Positions 13,925 through 28,126 of a stretch of DNA of 64,000 bases are shown here, piece after piece. The DNA comes from the human T2T-CHM13v2.0 reference genome, Homo sapiens: NCBI RefSeq assembly GCF_009914755.1, contig NC_060942.1. One strand, given 5' to 3'. Position 1 is the stretch's first letter, and every line of letters begins with the position of its first letter. The notes beneath the pieces are model-generated. The model ran no database searches. It saw only the letters and a list, made by a program, of their open reading frames with translations, and was not told where the DNA came from. The translations under genes were made by a program, and so were the position numbers.

Positions 13925-14535
13925 AAAATGTAGACACATCGTTGCCTCTGCAGTAAAGTTATTCCCTATCCCCATGTGCTGAGTTACTTAGACCTTCCCT
14001 TGATATTGCGCATGCTGCTATTGAACAACTATCACACCAAATTTGAATTTATATTTTAATATCTGCCTCTCTCATAAGAAATGTGAATTGTGTTTATTCA
14101 TATTTTGACTGATATCGTTTGGTTGTGACCCCATCCAAATCTCACCTTAAAAAGTAATAATTCCCACCTGTCAAGGGCAGGACCAGGTGGGGATAATTGA
14201 ATCATGGGGGTGGTTTCCCCCATACTGTTCTCATAGTAGTGAATAAGTTTCATGAGAGCTGATGATTTTATAAAGGGGAGTTCCCCTACACAAGCTCTGT
14301 CTTGTCTGCCACCATGTAAGGCATGATTTTGCTCCTCCTTTGCCTTCTGCAGTGATTGTGAGGCCTCCCAACCATGTGGAACTGTGAGTCCAACAAACCT
14401 CTTTTTCTTTATGAATTACCCAGTCTTGGGTATGTCTTTATTAGTAGCATGAGAACAGACTAACACACTGACCTTCTGTAGAGGCTCTGATACATATAAG
14501 GTGCTCAATGTTTTTGTTTTTATTTTCATTGAATA
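13925..14535 (+). mobile_element. L2 3' end split by the THE1B LTR
   Basis: ...tctgcctctctcataagaaatgtgaa...tttattcatattttgac [THE1B] ...ctgatacatataaggtgctcaat. Confidence 0.55.
14110..14467 (+). mobile_element. THE1B solo LTR (ERVL-MaLR)
   Basis: tgatatcgtttgg...ataaaggggagttcccctacacaagctc...gagaacagactaacaca; TSD ttgac/ctgac. Confidence 0.93.
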
Positions 14536-14584
14536 TATAACTCATGGTTGGAACTGAAACAACAAACTTTGTCTTTGGTAGTAT

Positions 14585-15118
14585 TGTCAGAGGCATGTGA
14601 ACCAGAGCAACTCCATCTTGAATAGGAGCTGGATAAAATCAGGCTGAAACTCACTCGGCTGCATTCCCAGATGGTTAAGGCATTCTAAGTCACAGGATGA
14701 AATAGAAAGTAAGCACAAAATACAGGTCCTAAAGACCTTGCTGATAAAACAGTTTACAGTAAAGAAGCTGTCCACAACCCGCCAAAACCAAGATGGTGAC
14801 GAGAGTGACATCTGGCCCTTCCATTAGCACCATGACATTTTATAAATGCCACGGCAACACCAGGTAGTTACCCTATAGGGTCTAAAAAGGAAAAGCATAA
14901 ATAATCTATCCTTGTTTAGCATATAATCAAGAAATAACCATAAAAATGGGCACCCAGCAGCTCTCAGGGCTGTTCTGTCTATGGAGTAGCCATTCTTTTA
15001 TTCCTTTATTTCTTAATAAACTTGGTTTCACTTTACTCTATGGACTTGCCCTGAATTATTTCTTGCATGAGATCCAAGAACCCTTTAGGGGTCTGGATCA
15101 GGATCCTTTCCTGTAACA
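14585..15118 (+). mobile_element. MER41A solo LTR (ERV1)
   Basis: tgtcagaggcatgtgaaccagagcaactccatcttgaatagg...aataaacttgg...gatccaagaaccc...cctgtaaca; TSD gtat/gttt. Confidence 0.92.
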
Positions 15119-15204
15119 GTTTGCTTTGCTGGCACCTTTCCAAACAGCTTCCCAGCCACTTATCACTCATTCAGGCATTACCACTAACTCCAGTTCCTCA
15201 AAGC

Positions 15205-15370
15205 ATTTCAAGATCTCTGTCATGGAATCTGTTTTCCTGCCTGATCCTTACTGATACATGAGAATAAAAATTTTACCTAACTCTTGGGGAATTGCTGTGG
15301 AACTAAAAAGAGGTAATGTTTTATGTAATACAAGCCTGGCATATGGTAAGCCCTCAATATGTGCCATCTC
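15205..15370 (+). mobile_element. MIR 3' half
   Basis: tacctaactcttggggaattgctgtggaactaaaaagaggtaatg...gcctggcatatggtaagccctcaata. Confidence 0.7.
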
Positions 15371-16594
15371 ACATTATGTATACAGTAAACATTCAATCAT
15401 AATTTTATTATAATAATCATTTGAATTAATATCTGATTTTAGAATAATCTTGAATTTGATAAGACACACTTTTAGGTGTTTTTGCACCTTCTAGGTAACA
15501 TTCTGTATCTAACCACTAAAGAAAATTTCACCCCAAAAGTCTACTCTGATTTTCCAATGGTCCTGGAACCATCCATTACCTCAGAGTTCTATCCAACCTC
15601 CAGCTTGTTGGCAGAGGACTTTCAGGGACTTGGCTTTTGGTGAACTATTTGAATTCTGTTTCTGTGTACTATTCTCTTACAAATGGTGGAGGTGGCCCCC
15701 TTCTTGTATTAAACCACAGCAGTTACAGCAACCTCAACCCATTAGTGTGGTGTTTCCTGTTGCACAATGCCTTTACCATGATTAGAAGTCCAACACAAAC
15801 TCATCCTCCTACCCACACACACAACGTTAGCAGCCTATTCATATATTTATGTACAAAACACTTTATTTTATAGGATCCCCTTCGAAGTCATTATTATCTG
15901 AGTTAAAAAAAAAGAATAAAAAAAAAACTAAATAAAAGGGAGAAACAAAAACACAGGTAAAACCAACAAAAAATGCCTCAAGAATAAGATTTGTCAGGAA
16001 ATATTCTCTCTGTCCTAGAGAGGAGAAAATTATGGCAGAGAGTTGTTTTCATAAGACTGTGAAACCTGCCAGTGCCAGAGATGGCATTGGGTACAGTAGT
16101 CCTGTCCCATCTGTTTCACTTTGCTATGAATTTGAGAAAAACACTAGCCCTGGACCAGACCCACAGAAGACATAAGCAAAATGCACTTGGGATCTGAAGG
16201 TCAGAAATGATGATCTGATGTAACTGAACTTGACGCACCTTTGGGAGCCATCATCTCTGCAAGTCCACCACATTGTTCTTAGTTACTCTGTGGGTTCCCT
16301 TTATCATTCCTTCTTCTCTGTGGTTTTCCCTGAGTCTTTCTCAGACCTACACAGCCATCTCTGTTTTCATAGCTTTTCTATCTTCCACATATTAAAACAT
16401 ATTCTCTAAAACTACCATCCGGAAAGAATTTAGATATGCCAATCCCACAGAAGTGATAACCTCAGGTGAATTTACGTTTGAACAAGGAACAATGATGGTA
16501 GGATTTCAGCTGTAGCAACTAGCTATAGAGGAACATCTTAGAACAAGAAAGTTGTCTACAACCCACAAAATCATACTTCGTCATTTGCTACTTC

Positions 16595-17160
16595 TTACCA
16601 CATGTGATTCCTGGAGCAATAGTACAAATGGATACCTACATAACATATGTTAAATATTTACTTTTTTAAAAAACCAAGATAATAAACTATCAAATTATAT
16701 TTGATCCTCCTACTTTAAAGAATATTCCTTCATAAAAACCTGGAAGAATACATTTGAATTTAGAATTACTTAACTCTTCAGTTTTCTGTGCTAGGAGCAT
16801 GGCAGTCTGAAAATCAGACTGAGAGTCTGAACATCAAACTCAGTCTCTGTCTGTTGTAAACAGTTACCCTACGGTCATCCCTTCCCCAAGGGTGAGTACA
16901 GTGACCATTTCCTCAGAAGCAACACTTAGTGAAGAGATCTGTACAGTTTGGAAATGAGGCTGGGATTGTTTTGGCCAAAAATCTCAAGGTCCCGGATACC
17001 TGGAGCATTGTCCAAATGAGGGCCACAGGCTCCAAATGAGCACATCTGTACAGCTTCATGGACACCTACCACTTGCCATGCCACAGGAGGGTTGCAAAGG
17101 TGCTCTCTAAAGTCAGGGTCCAGGACCAGGGATCCTCTTGCCTGAGCCTAATGTGCTATG
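16595..17160 (-). mobile_element. MER115 (hAT-Tip100)
   Basis: ctggagcaatagtacaaatgg...tcctcctacttt...cttcataaaaacctggaag...ttgaatttagaatt...cagggatcctcttgcctgagcctaa matches the reverse complement of recalled MER115. Confidence 0.75.
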
Positions 17161-17829
17161 GCTAATCAAAGCCTACTAGTATAGGCTATGTAGAGAGCAA
17201 AGTTCATGCAAGGCTCAGGAGAGTGAAGATATAATGAACATTTTGAGAGTGTAAAAGACTAAGTTATTCCCAACTTGAAAGAAATATTTATGTGATGAAA
17301 AAATATTTTCCATCTACCTAGCCTAAGTCTTACCCTATGTTTCAGAGAGTGAGACCAAAAAGGTTGGGGGAAGAGTTTGAGATTCTCTCAAAGACTCTAC
17401 TGGGCAATTTAGAAAAACACTTACTGCCAGAGAGGGAAAAAATTGTGTTAGCAGTCTTCAGGGAAGGTGGCACTTCTGCAACAGATGGGCTGACTGAATT
17501 TTTTTTTAAATGACGATTTTATGCCTTTGGCAGAAGTTTTCAATGTAATTTAGGAAAGAGGAAAAACAACATAAAGACAATTGATGCTATTCTTTAAGAA
17601 GAGAGAAAGAACATCAAAAATTAGAGTTGTTAGTTATCCTAGGTTGAAAACATTAAATATTTGTGAGCATTTTATAAAAAGACTTGCCATAGAAATTGGC
17701 AGAAATGAAACCAGGTTTCAAATCTACGTGGCATTTTATCAGCTGCAGGGCATAAAATTTTCTCAAAGGCAAGAGTTAATTAAGTGAAACAAATTTCTTC
17801 TTTTAGTTCCCTCACTTTTCTCCTATTTT

Positions 17830-18300
17830 ACTATTCTAACTGCCTGCTCATGGTTTTCCCTGCTTCCTAAGTCTACATTGTCCTATTCATTCTTTCAAGA
17901 AATTTTCTAACAGTGAATCTGAATATGTATAATCTTGAAGCACTTTCAACTGCTCCTCAACAGTTACATTCAAATTTCACACCCTTTAAAGCCATTCCTA
18001 ATATGACGCCCAGTATCTGGTCTTGATCAACTTTTCTAGCTTTATTTCTGACTCATTCCACCCTAAATATTCCACTGAAAAATTTTCTCTACTCTGACAT
18101 GCTCTTTTAAGCCTCTTCACCTCTGCATATTCTATTCCTTCTACTTGATTCACTTTTTCCTGCCATACTTGTCCTTGATGAACGAATATTTAATTTGCAT
18201 TTGAAACATTAACCTTCTCTGAGACATTTTACAACTCTCCAAGGGAGAGTTAGTTTTATCTTCCTCTGAGTTTTCCCATACTTTAGGCTCATTCCCCAGT
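17830..18300 (+). mobile_element. L2 fragment
   Basis: aactgcctgctcatggttttccctgcttcc...aaattttctaacagtgaatctga...ctctgcatattctattccttctacttg. Confidence 0.6.
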
Positions 18301-18475
18301 AGGACAGACACTTTCCATGCAGGGCTGGGGGCTTGCCCTCCAGGTTTTCCTCTAAGTGAAACCCCTACCTCCCTCTCACTTTCAAAGGACTGCTGAAGTT
18401 ACATACATCTGATGGCAACAAACCAACATGTAGCAGAAGTAGAAGTAACTTTCTTGTCGCTTTTCTTCAGAGTGA

Positions 18476-18909
<434 letters not shown>

Positions 18910-19182
18910 TTTTTTTTTTTCACTCTCTCTCCCAGTCTGGAGTGCAATGGTGCCGTCTTGACTCACCGCAACTTCCGACTCCCGGGTTCAAGCGATTCTT
19001 CTGCCTCAGCGTCCCGAGCAGCTGGGATTACAGGCGCCCACCACCACGCCCGGCTAATTTTTGTATTTTCAGTAGAGACAAGGTTTCACCACGTTGGCCA
19101 GGCTGGTCTCGACCTCAGATGATCCACCTGCTTCAGCCTCCCAAAGTGCTGGGATTGCAGGCATGAGCCACCGCGACCAGCC
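18910..19182 (-). mobile_element. AluS (Sp/Sq-like)
   Basis: gagtgcaatgg...ctcaccgcaac; putative TSD tacactt at 18594-18600 and 19183-19189 encloses this Alu and the AluY. Confidence 0.92.
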
Positions 19183-19207
19183 TACACTTGAGATAGAACT
19201 TGAGATA

Positions 19208-19524
19208 GGCTGGGCACAGTGGCTCACACTTGTAAACTCAGCACTTTGGGAGGCCGAGGTCAGAGGATTGCTTGAGCACAGGAGTTTGAAACCAGCCTGG
19301 GCAACACAGTGAGACCTCATCTCTACAAATAATCATAATAATAATTTTTTACAAAAGCCGCATGTGGTTGCATACACCTGTGGTCCCAGCTTATTTGGGA
19401 CACTGAGGTAGGATTGTTTGAGCTCAGGCGATCAAAGTTGCAGTTAGCTGTGATCATACCACTGTACTCCAGCCTGGGTAATACAGTGAGACCTGGTCCA
19501 AAAAAAAAAAAAAAAAAAAAAAAA
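19208..19524 (+). mobile_element. AluJ
   Basis: gaggattgcttgagc...cctgggcaacacagtgagacc; poly-A tail. Confidence 0.93.
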
Positions 19525-22500
19525 GGAACTTAGAATAGTGTTAGCTTCCCTGAGGGGTGGGTAGTTGAATACAAGTTAAATTATTTTGATAAACTGGGAT
19601 AGAAAAATGAATATTGGGATTAGCAAGCAATAGTGACTGCTCTAGAAGTGAAATGTCTTTATTAAAATGGGATTTTTGAGGTTTTCCTGATGAACTTGCT
19701 TCTAAGATGTGGTCTGCAATCTGAAACATTATCTCTTTTTTTCCCTGCAATAACACTTGAATCTTGACACCGTGCTTTGGAGGTGTTGGATTTAATCTCT
19801 CATGATTATTCTTAATGGATAAATTTCAAAATCTTTACTTTTTCTCCTCTACAATTATAAAAGGCAAAAGAAGTATCATTCAACCTAGAGAAAAGACCTA
19901 CATTTCATTAAGTTGGAAACTAAAACTGCACATTAACAATCTCAAAACTCCGTAATTTTAGAGAAACAAGTGATCATAGGTGCTATCATGCTATGCAGAC
20001 ATCTTAGGTGTGAATTTTCATAGCAGGTGAATTTGGGACTTGGGGAATCTCTGCTATGGTTCTTGTATGACCATGGTCAGTGGTAAAAGTTAACAACAGT
20101 CTACCACTGCATTGCACAGGCAAGACCACAAAGGCCTTGGATTCTGAACAACCAGGGGTTTGTCTCACACCATTATACTAAGAGTTATAGCCAACTGGGG
20201 TTCTGGGTGAAAGCCAAAGACTATAAGAATATGCCACAGAGAAAATAAGAGACAAACAACAACAACAACAACAAAAAAACTGCTAAACTGTTGTGAAGTA
20301 GAAAAAGGACTTCAGATTTCATCTGTGCCTGGTTATTACTGCCATTGTTCATAAGTGTTTGCATGTGTTCTAATTATCCTCTCTTCACTAACTGTATTGG
20401 TAACTCAATTTACTATGTAGTCCATAGCTTATAGATGATCTGGTAACATCTGGGTGGAATTATGATGGAATTAGAGGAAAAATATACAACATATGGAGAC
20501 TGTGGATTCCAAGACAAACAGCATTTAAAGGAGCCTGTGATATTCTCTGTGGATATAGTAACCAGAGATGCCTTTGAATTCCATCCTTATTGGAAGGCAA
20601 TAATTGTGTGTAGGTTTGATCATTTTAGATAGGCACATCCTTGAAACTATGCATATAGAAAGATAGCAACCAATGACACAAAGGGCACTGTATCTACATT
20701 AATACTTGAGGAAGGATAGGTGAGTTAGACAGCTGGGAGAGCTAAACAGCGGATGCAAACTGGGGTTGTTGTAGGCAAATTAGCACCTTTGGTCAGCCAA
20801 GCTATACCCAATATCTGTTTCTTTGTGAACCTGCATTATCCACAAACCAATGCTTATGAAATAAGTAGTGAAGTATCCTATAGGCAGAGTTGGCCACTGA
20901 TTAGATCAGGATCAGATGCTTTTGTTATTGAAAGGTAACCAAGCCATACTTTCCATGATGAACAATAACATGTTCAGCCATAAATGACTCTACTCAGTAA
21001 AGTTAATAGTAATTAAATAAGCCAACCAAACTAGCTTCTTCTGCAATTTGGACTGAAAATATGGAGAATTTTGAATAGACAGGAAATAAGCATAAATACA
21101 AATGAAGGCACAATGGGAAAATTTATTTGCCTACCTCACTCGAGGGATGGGAATTGTGTTGGAGATAGGATCAAGAATGGGCTGATAATTATGACTTCTC
21201 TTAAGTGGCCTCCCTGATAAATAAGAACAAAGAAATGCAGTGAGTTCATATTTTAATGGGACCAAATAAAAAAAATTCTACAAACAACCTCCTGGATAAA
21301 AATGGTGGCATTAAAATAGCTGCATTAATTTGGATATATCAAAATGCCCTGAGTGATACTTTATTCTACAGTTTAGCAAGAGACTCCTTGGGATAAGTAA
21401 CTCAATCCAGGATGAGATACAGAATATTGATGAGATATTGACACCACATTTAGAAAATACATGTATTTATGTATCTCTGTTTGTATGTTTATGTGCATAT
21501 ATACACTAATTCTTTTAGCAAGTAGATATGGAGAGAATATTACTTGCTTTCATAGCATGCTTCCAGGAGTTTCAGAGAATACGCCTCTGAAGAAAGAGAA
21601 ATTATGTCCTCTGACCTCTTTTCTTAGGGCTGTTTGGAAAGAGAGCACACACATCATAAAGAAGAGTTCAAGGTAAACCTAGACAAGTGAGTGGATTTGA
21701 AGCCATCATATCATACAATCAGAGAATCTTAGGTTTTGAATGAAATGTGAAGATATATTTCAAATGAATAATTGGAAGAGTGAATGAAAGAACTAATGAA
21801 TCTAATAGAAACCCTACTGATTGCCTACATACAATGATTGCCATGAATTGTTATTTACTTTTCTATGTATACTAATTAACACATCTGCACCATTCTCTCA
21901 GTGTGTGCATATCTTGTGTATAGGAGGTAGTTAAGAAGTTCTCAGTATAACTTTATTAAATTTACACCCTCAGAAAATGTCTGCCAAATGGGGAGAAATG
22001 TGTATTCATTTTGCTTTCACCAACGAGCTAGTAAAGACTTGCTGAATGTTTCATGAATGATAAAAGTGCAAGATAATATAGGATAAAATGTATACCAGGC
22101 ATAAACACTAAAGGTGAAAAAGATCTGTAAATTTAGAAAAACATCATCTGTACAATAAGCATCTTTTAGAGAGTCATGATGTCTCATGGAGAGCTATCTT
22201 TCTGGTTGATATAGTCCTAGTACAGACAAAAAATTGTATTTTCACAAAATAAAATGTGCATTTCTAATTTCATTTACTTCGTTGTGTTCCTTTCAATATT
22301 TACCTTCCTAAAACACTCTATAAATGCGAATACAGTTGAAAAGTTGCTTATCTGTCACACTCCCTTTCATGGATTCCATGTCACTTTGTTGTTGTTGTTA
22401 CTGTTTTAAGTCCCTCTGACTCCGTCTCCTTCAGCTCCATCGGAAAGGTGGGCACTGTGTAATATTTTCTTTCCCATCAGAGTAGACCTGAACTCTCTGA

Positions 22501-24619
22501 GGTCAAGACCATTTTTGCTGTTGTTGTTCACACCATGTTCTTGGGGCCCATCCCATGGTGGCCCCCACACAGGGCACGATGACTACATTGTAGAAGACCT
22601 GTGCTCCAGTGTGGATCTTCCTCTTTAGATCCAGACTTACTGATGCACAGATCAATGCTCAGTGTGGATATCTTCAGGCTCCTCAATCAGGACTTCCAAA
22701 GTACAGATAAACAAACAAACAAACAAAAATACATCATTTTCCACTCAGAATAAACCCAAACATCTTCCATCACTGCAAGTATGTTGACACTGCCTGAATA
22801 GCGGCCCACCATGTCAGAGTAAAATCATGCAAGTAGAACTCCCAGTGGCCTATCTCAACACCACAGAGTTTCCTAAAAAGAGACCTAACACAATGAGCAT
22901 TCCTTAGAGAGTCCAGGTATTCAGATGATCTACCTTGGCAGACGTTAGTTCTTGCTTCCATTTTGTAATAGCCTTCTGGAATTTGTTGTCTTTGCATATT
23001 CTAGAATCTCTGTCTCTGTCTCTGAGTCTCTGTCTCTCTCTGTCTCCTCACAGTCTGTTACTACTTAATACAGTGCTTATTGGCCTGAGATTGGACATTA
23101 TTTAAAAGCAATTTGGAGAGTTTTCTCCATTTCAGGCAAGAAAACATGCACTATTTTTCTGATATGGCATGGGACATCGAAAAATAGTTTTGAACAAAAT
23201 TTTGAAATTTTTGGCCCAAAGAAAGCAAATACCCCCTGCAACAAACAAGATGTGTCACAATAAGTCATGATTTACAATCCCTTTCAAGACTGCCTGTTGC
23301 CCTTAGCAATCCCTAAAGCAAAAACAAACAAAACAAATCTTTTCAGCATATCTTCATGAAACTGTCTGGGATGTGACAAAACTTTGAGAAACAGTTTTGT
23401 GATAATGGTTTTGCACTTTATTGGTACTTCTCCACAGGAGGTGGTGAATGGCTACTTTCAAATACATAGAGCTATCAAAGGCTAAAGTCAATAAAAAACC
23501 TCCATAGAATAATTGGAGAGGAAAGAAAAGGGGGAAAAAAAGAACATAAAACGAATGAAAAGGCAAGTAGGACCTATAAATATAAAAGCCTAAGGAGTAT
23601 ATTTTGGGAGAACAGATGATGCAAAGCAAAATTGGGAATAGTTATTGGAGGATCAAGGAAGGCAAATAAAACAATAAGATATATGATGCCTGTCCTCCTG
23701 CCTCAAGTCTAGCTCATCAGACAGTTTTTCATTCCATTTTGTATATATGAGTTTCATCTGACTACTGCCAACAGAAAGTGCTTGGATTTCCTGACTTTTT
23801 TCACTGTCAAAAGAAATAATAAGCTGATGAGATTCAAAGGCAAGTAATATAACATCCTTTCCTTGAATGAGAAAAATACAAATTGAGTTGTGGGTTAATG
23901 AATAAGGTATTTCTATTTTTCATGTTCTTCAAAATAATAATCATAACACTAATGAAAATTAATAACAAAAGATAGTATTATGTACCAGAATAACTTGTCT
24001 AGAAACCAGAAGACCAGAATTTGTTGATAAACTTTGTACCTAATCTTACTGCTTAAAATCCCATGGATTGTGAGAATGCAATTAAAAGGACTAATTTTCC
24101 ATCTCTGGGAGTACCTGAATGATAATTCACCAAAAATATGCCAGAGAATGGGGAAGGGCTGAGGACATGAGCTGACTTGGGCAGTTGTTGACTGTGGGGC
24201 AGAAAAGTCATCTGTGCTGTATAAATGCCCAAACAGCTGGGTGGCACCATCTGTCTGGAAGATTTACTCAAATAAAGTGCAAAGTCAGGTGATCAAATAA
24301 GCAAAGTCAAGATACTCATTTATGATTTTCAAGGCAGTTTGGTTTAGTATAGACAGACCAGAAGATGAAGATCCCAGCATGACCAGCCATCCAGGGAACC
24401 GGCTGGGATATCAGTTTAAAGTTGAACCCTAAAAGCCTAGAATCACGGAAGGGTAGAAAGATTTTACACAAATGCCAACGACAGTGACTCTGACCTCTTC
24501 AAAGAGTCGGAGGAGACTAATCATGAGCCACAGAAAGTGAGCACTGGGGATGGGAGGAGAGAAACCATTTAATAATCTGGAGAGATCAGGTAAGCTGGAC
24601 AGCTGGAAGTCGAATTTTA

Positions 24620-24790
24620 AAAGAAATAAAATGGGTGATTTAATTCTTGTGTTTTTTTCTATGCTCTGGCATCAACCAATTCTGTGACTTTGAACAAGTT
24701 CTGTAACCTTCTAGTATCCAGTATACTCATCACTAACATAAGAGGACTGGACTAAATGTTTTCAAAGTACTGGCCTACTCAAAGACTCTT
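24620..24790 (+). mobile_element. MIR3-like fragment
   Basis: ctgtgactttgaacaagtt...aggactggactaaatgttttcaaag. Confidence 0.55.
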
Positions 24791-24909
24791 TTATTTTCTA
24801 TTCATGATAGTGTTTGCAATTATATGGTGCTCTCCACCTCCAAAATATATTTATGTGATAGTGTTTGTTCTTTTGAAAATTCCTGTGTGGTAGCTCATAT
24901 AGAAAACAC

Positions 24910-25035
24910 TATAGCTCATTTTAAAGATAAGAAAATGAAGGCCTACAAAGGTAAGATGTCTTTCTCAAGGTTGCTTAGCTAATTAGTATCAGAGCAAAAA
25001 CTAGAAACATAGGCCTACTGTACTTCTAACTACAT
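24910..25035 (-). mobile_element. MIR
   Basis: cattttaaagataagaaaatgaaggcctacaaaggtaag...caaggttgcttagctaattagtatcagagc. Confidence 0.7.
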
Positions 25036-25310
25036 CAACTTATTCCTTTCAGCAACAATTTTTTAAGATTTCTATAAAGAAAACATTTTCTTTTGTGCAT
25101 TTTCTTCAATTGCCTTATGTCAATGGAGTTTAAAATTTCCTGGAAAATGTGCAAGACCCTCTGGAAAGTGCTGTGGGAAATCCAGAGATTTTTAAAAGGG
25201 AATATATTTGCCAAATTAGGGCTCCTATAATCTAATAGGAATATCAGACAGGTCCAAAGAAAATCCTGTTATAAAACATAAAATATACTGACTGTTTCAA
25301 GAGATATGCA

Positions 25311-25621
25311 GGCTGAGTATAGTGGCTTATGTCTGTAATCCAGCACTTTGGGAGGCCAGGGTAAGCAGATCACTTGAGGCCAGTAGTTCGAGACCAGCCT
25401 GGGCAACATAACAAAACCCTATTTCTACTAAAAATATAAAAATTAGCTGGGCGTGGTGGCACATGCCTGTAATCCCGGCTATTCAGAATGCTGAGGCAAG
25501 ATAATCACTTGAGCTTAGGAGGAAGAGGTTGCAGGAAGCTGAGGTCGTGCCACTGCACTCCAGTCTGGGCAATGGAGTGAGACCCTTTCTCAGAAAAAAA
25601 AAAAATAATAATAAATAAATA
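25311..25621 (+). mobile_element. Alu (Jb/Sz-like)
   Basis: ggctgagtatagtggct...cactgcactccagtctggg...A-rich tail; degenerate TSD aagagatatg/aagatctatg. Confidence 0.93.
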
Positions 25622-26639
25622 AGATCTATGTGAATATGCCACTTAGAAATTTCAGAAAAAGGATCAAATCAATTCCCTTCCAATAGGTCAGAGAAAACTT
25701 GAGAATTTGGTAGTTGAGTTTGGAAATAAAGTGGATTATGTTGAGATTTTATTAAAAATTAGAAATTTGACAAATTAAGCAATATATGTTGGTAAATGTA
25801 GAAAAGTAGAAATAACAAAGGTTAGAAACCTTTGCAGCTCATTGCAGAGTGGCAGCCACATGACAGCATATCACATCAAAATGTTCACCTCTTTGCTTAC
25901 CTCCTTTCCTCTTTTTCCTCACCTTTATTCCTTAAGTTCTGCTTTGAGTGGGCCCAAGATAAGACTCTAATAACCTATGTTTAATTACCTAGAACATCAT
26001 ATAGGAAAAAGTTGTGAGAATAAGTATTTTAGTGAAATAAGGTGCATTCCACTATAAAATAATCCCAAAGAATTCTTATATGAATGTAAAATATTATGGG
26101 TTCATAGAACTAGGTAAATCATTTCCACCAATATAAGTACAATTTTTCTTCAGCTGATAATATTTAGGGAAATCTTAACAAAACTACAGCTGGTTTAGGC
26201 ATGCATAAATATGTTAACAAACATGTGTAAACCTAGTTGTAAACCAAAATATTTTATGTCAATAAATACATGAAGAGGGCAGCATATGATACACCAGTTT
26301 ATAGTTATTCATATGTCAATGTGTGAATACTTACATTTTAAAGAAAAAATTCAATTAAATGGAAATGCTTGCAGGGTAAGAATGCACTAGATCAATACTT
26401 TCTTTTGTCATCTAACATGTATTGTAAAGAACAATGAATTAGAGTCAACACTCTTACATTCAGATCCCCTCCCTGGAAAAACCTGGACACGTAAGCTGGA
26501 ATGGGTCCTTTCACTTTCTGGGTCTCAGTCAAATGAGCAAGTTAGATAAGTCATAATTTGCGAAGTTGCAAACTACAGAGCAAGAGTCCAGAAAGATTAT
26601 TTTTTTAAAAAAATTTTGAGATGAAATATATTTAAGGAA

Positions 26640-26838
26640 GATTCATACATCATCTTTTACTGTGGATTATCAAGACAAAATAGCATATTAAAAGCCCAGA
26701 AAAGTCCTTTAGTAAAGAAATCTGTCTAATTTCATCATAGCATTTTCCAAATGTTAAGATATTTGAAATTTATTTTTCCATTAAATATGAACATCTCAAA
26801 GACATAGTTTCTGTGGATCTACTGTTTGGAAATGCAAG
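26640..26838 (-). mobile_element. MER103C-like (hAT-Charlie)
   Basis: tagcatattaaaagcccagaaaagtcctttagtaaagaaatctgt...ctgtttggaaatgc. Confidence 0.55.
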
Positions 26839-26891
26839 GTTATCATTAGATCCTTAACATTATAGGATTCTTATGTATAATATAGTCTTAC

Positions 26892-27270
26892 TGATATGGT
26901 TTGGCTGTGTCCCCACCCAAATATCATCTTGAATTGTAGTTCCCATAATCCCCATATTTCATGGGGGGGCCCAGTGGGAGGTAATTGAATCATGGGGGTG
27001 GTTTATCCCCATGCTGCTGTTCTTGTGATAGTGAGTGAGTTCTCATGAGATCTGATTGTTTTATAATGGGCTTTTCCCCCTTTTGCTCAGTACTTCTCCT
27101 TCCTGCCACCGCGTGAAGAAGGATGTGTTTGCTTCCCCTTCTGCCATAATTGTAAGTTTCCTGAGACCTCCCCAACCCTGTAGGACTGTGAATCAATTAA
27201 ACCTCCTTCCTTTACAAATTACCCAGTCTTGCATATGTCTTTATCTGTAGTGTGAGAATGGACTAATACA
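26892..27270 (+). mobile_element. THE1C solo LTR (ERVL-MaLR)
   Basis: tgatatggtttggctgtgtccccacccaaa...gggcttttcccccttttgctcag...gactaataca; perfect TSD cttac/cttac. Confidence 0.95.
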
Positions 27271-27465
27271 CTTACTAAAAGGACTGGACTAAAATTTGAG
27301 ACCCCATTTTTGACCTTGGCCCATGAATGATACCATCCTCTACCCAGAGATAGAGAGAGTAGACAGAAACTACCAGGGAGCACTCTGAGACTGGGGACTC
27401 AGGAAGAAAAAAACAAGGAAGTGTGACCTTCTGCTGTGGAAGAAAGGAAGTCAAGTTTTGTTGAA

Positions 27466-28037
<572 letters not shown>

Positions 28038-28126
28038 CTGACCCAAGAGATTTGAAGTGTGGCAATGAGTTCCAGATTCAAACCTGATATTGAAGAATTG
28101 GTGATAAGTGTATACATAATTTGGAA

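Noticed and set aside
23821-23850. CTGATGA words as possible hammerhead ribozyme cores (also near 19687 and 43014)
   Set aside because: No stem II followed by GAAA and no flanking helices
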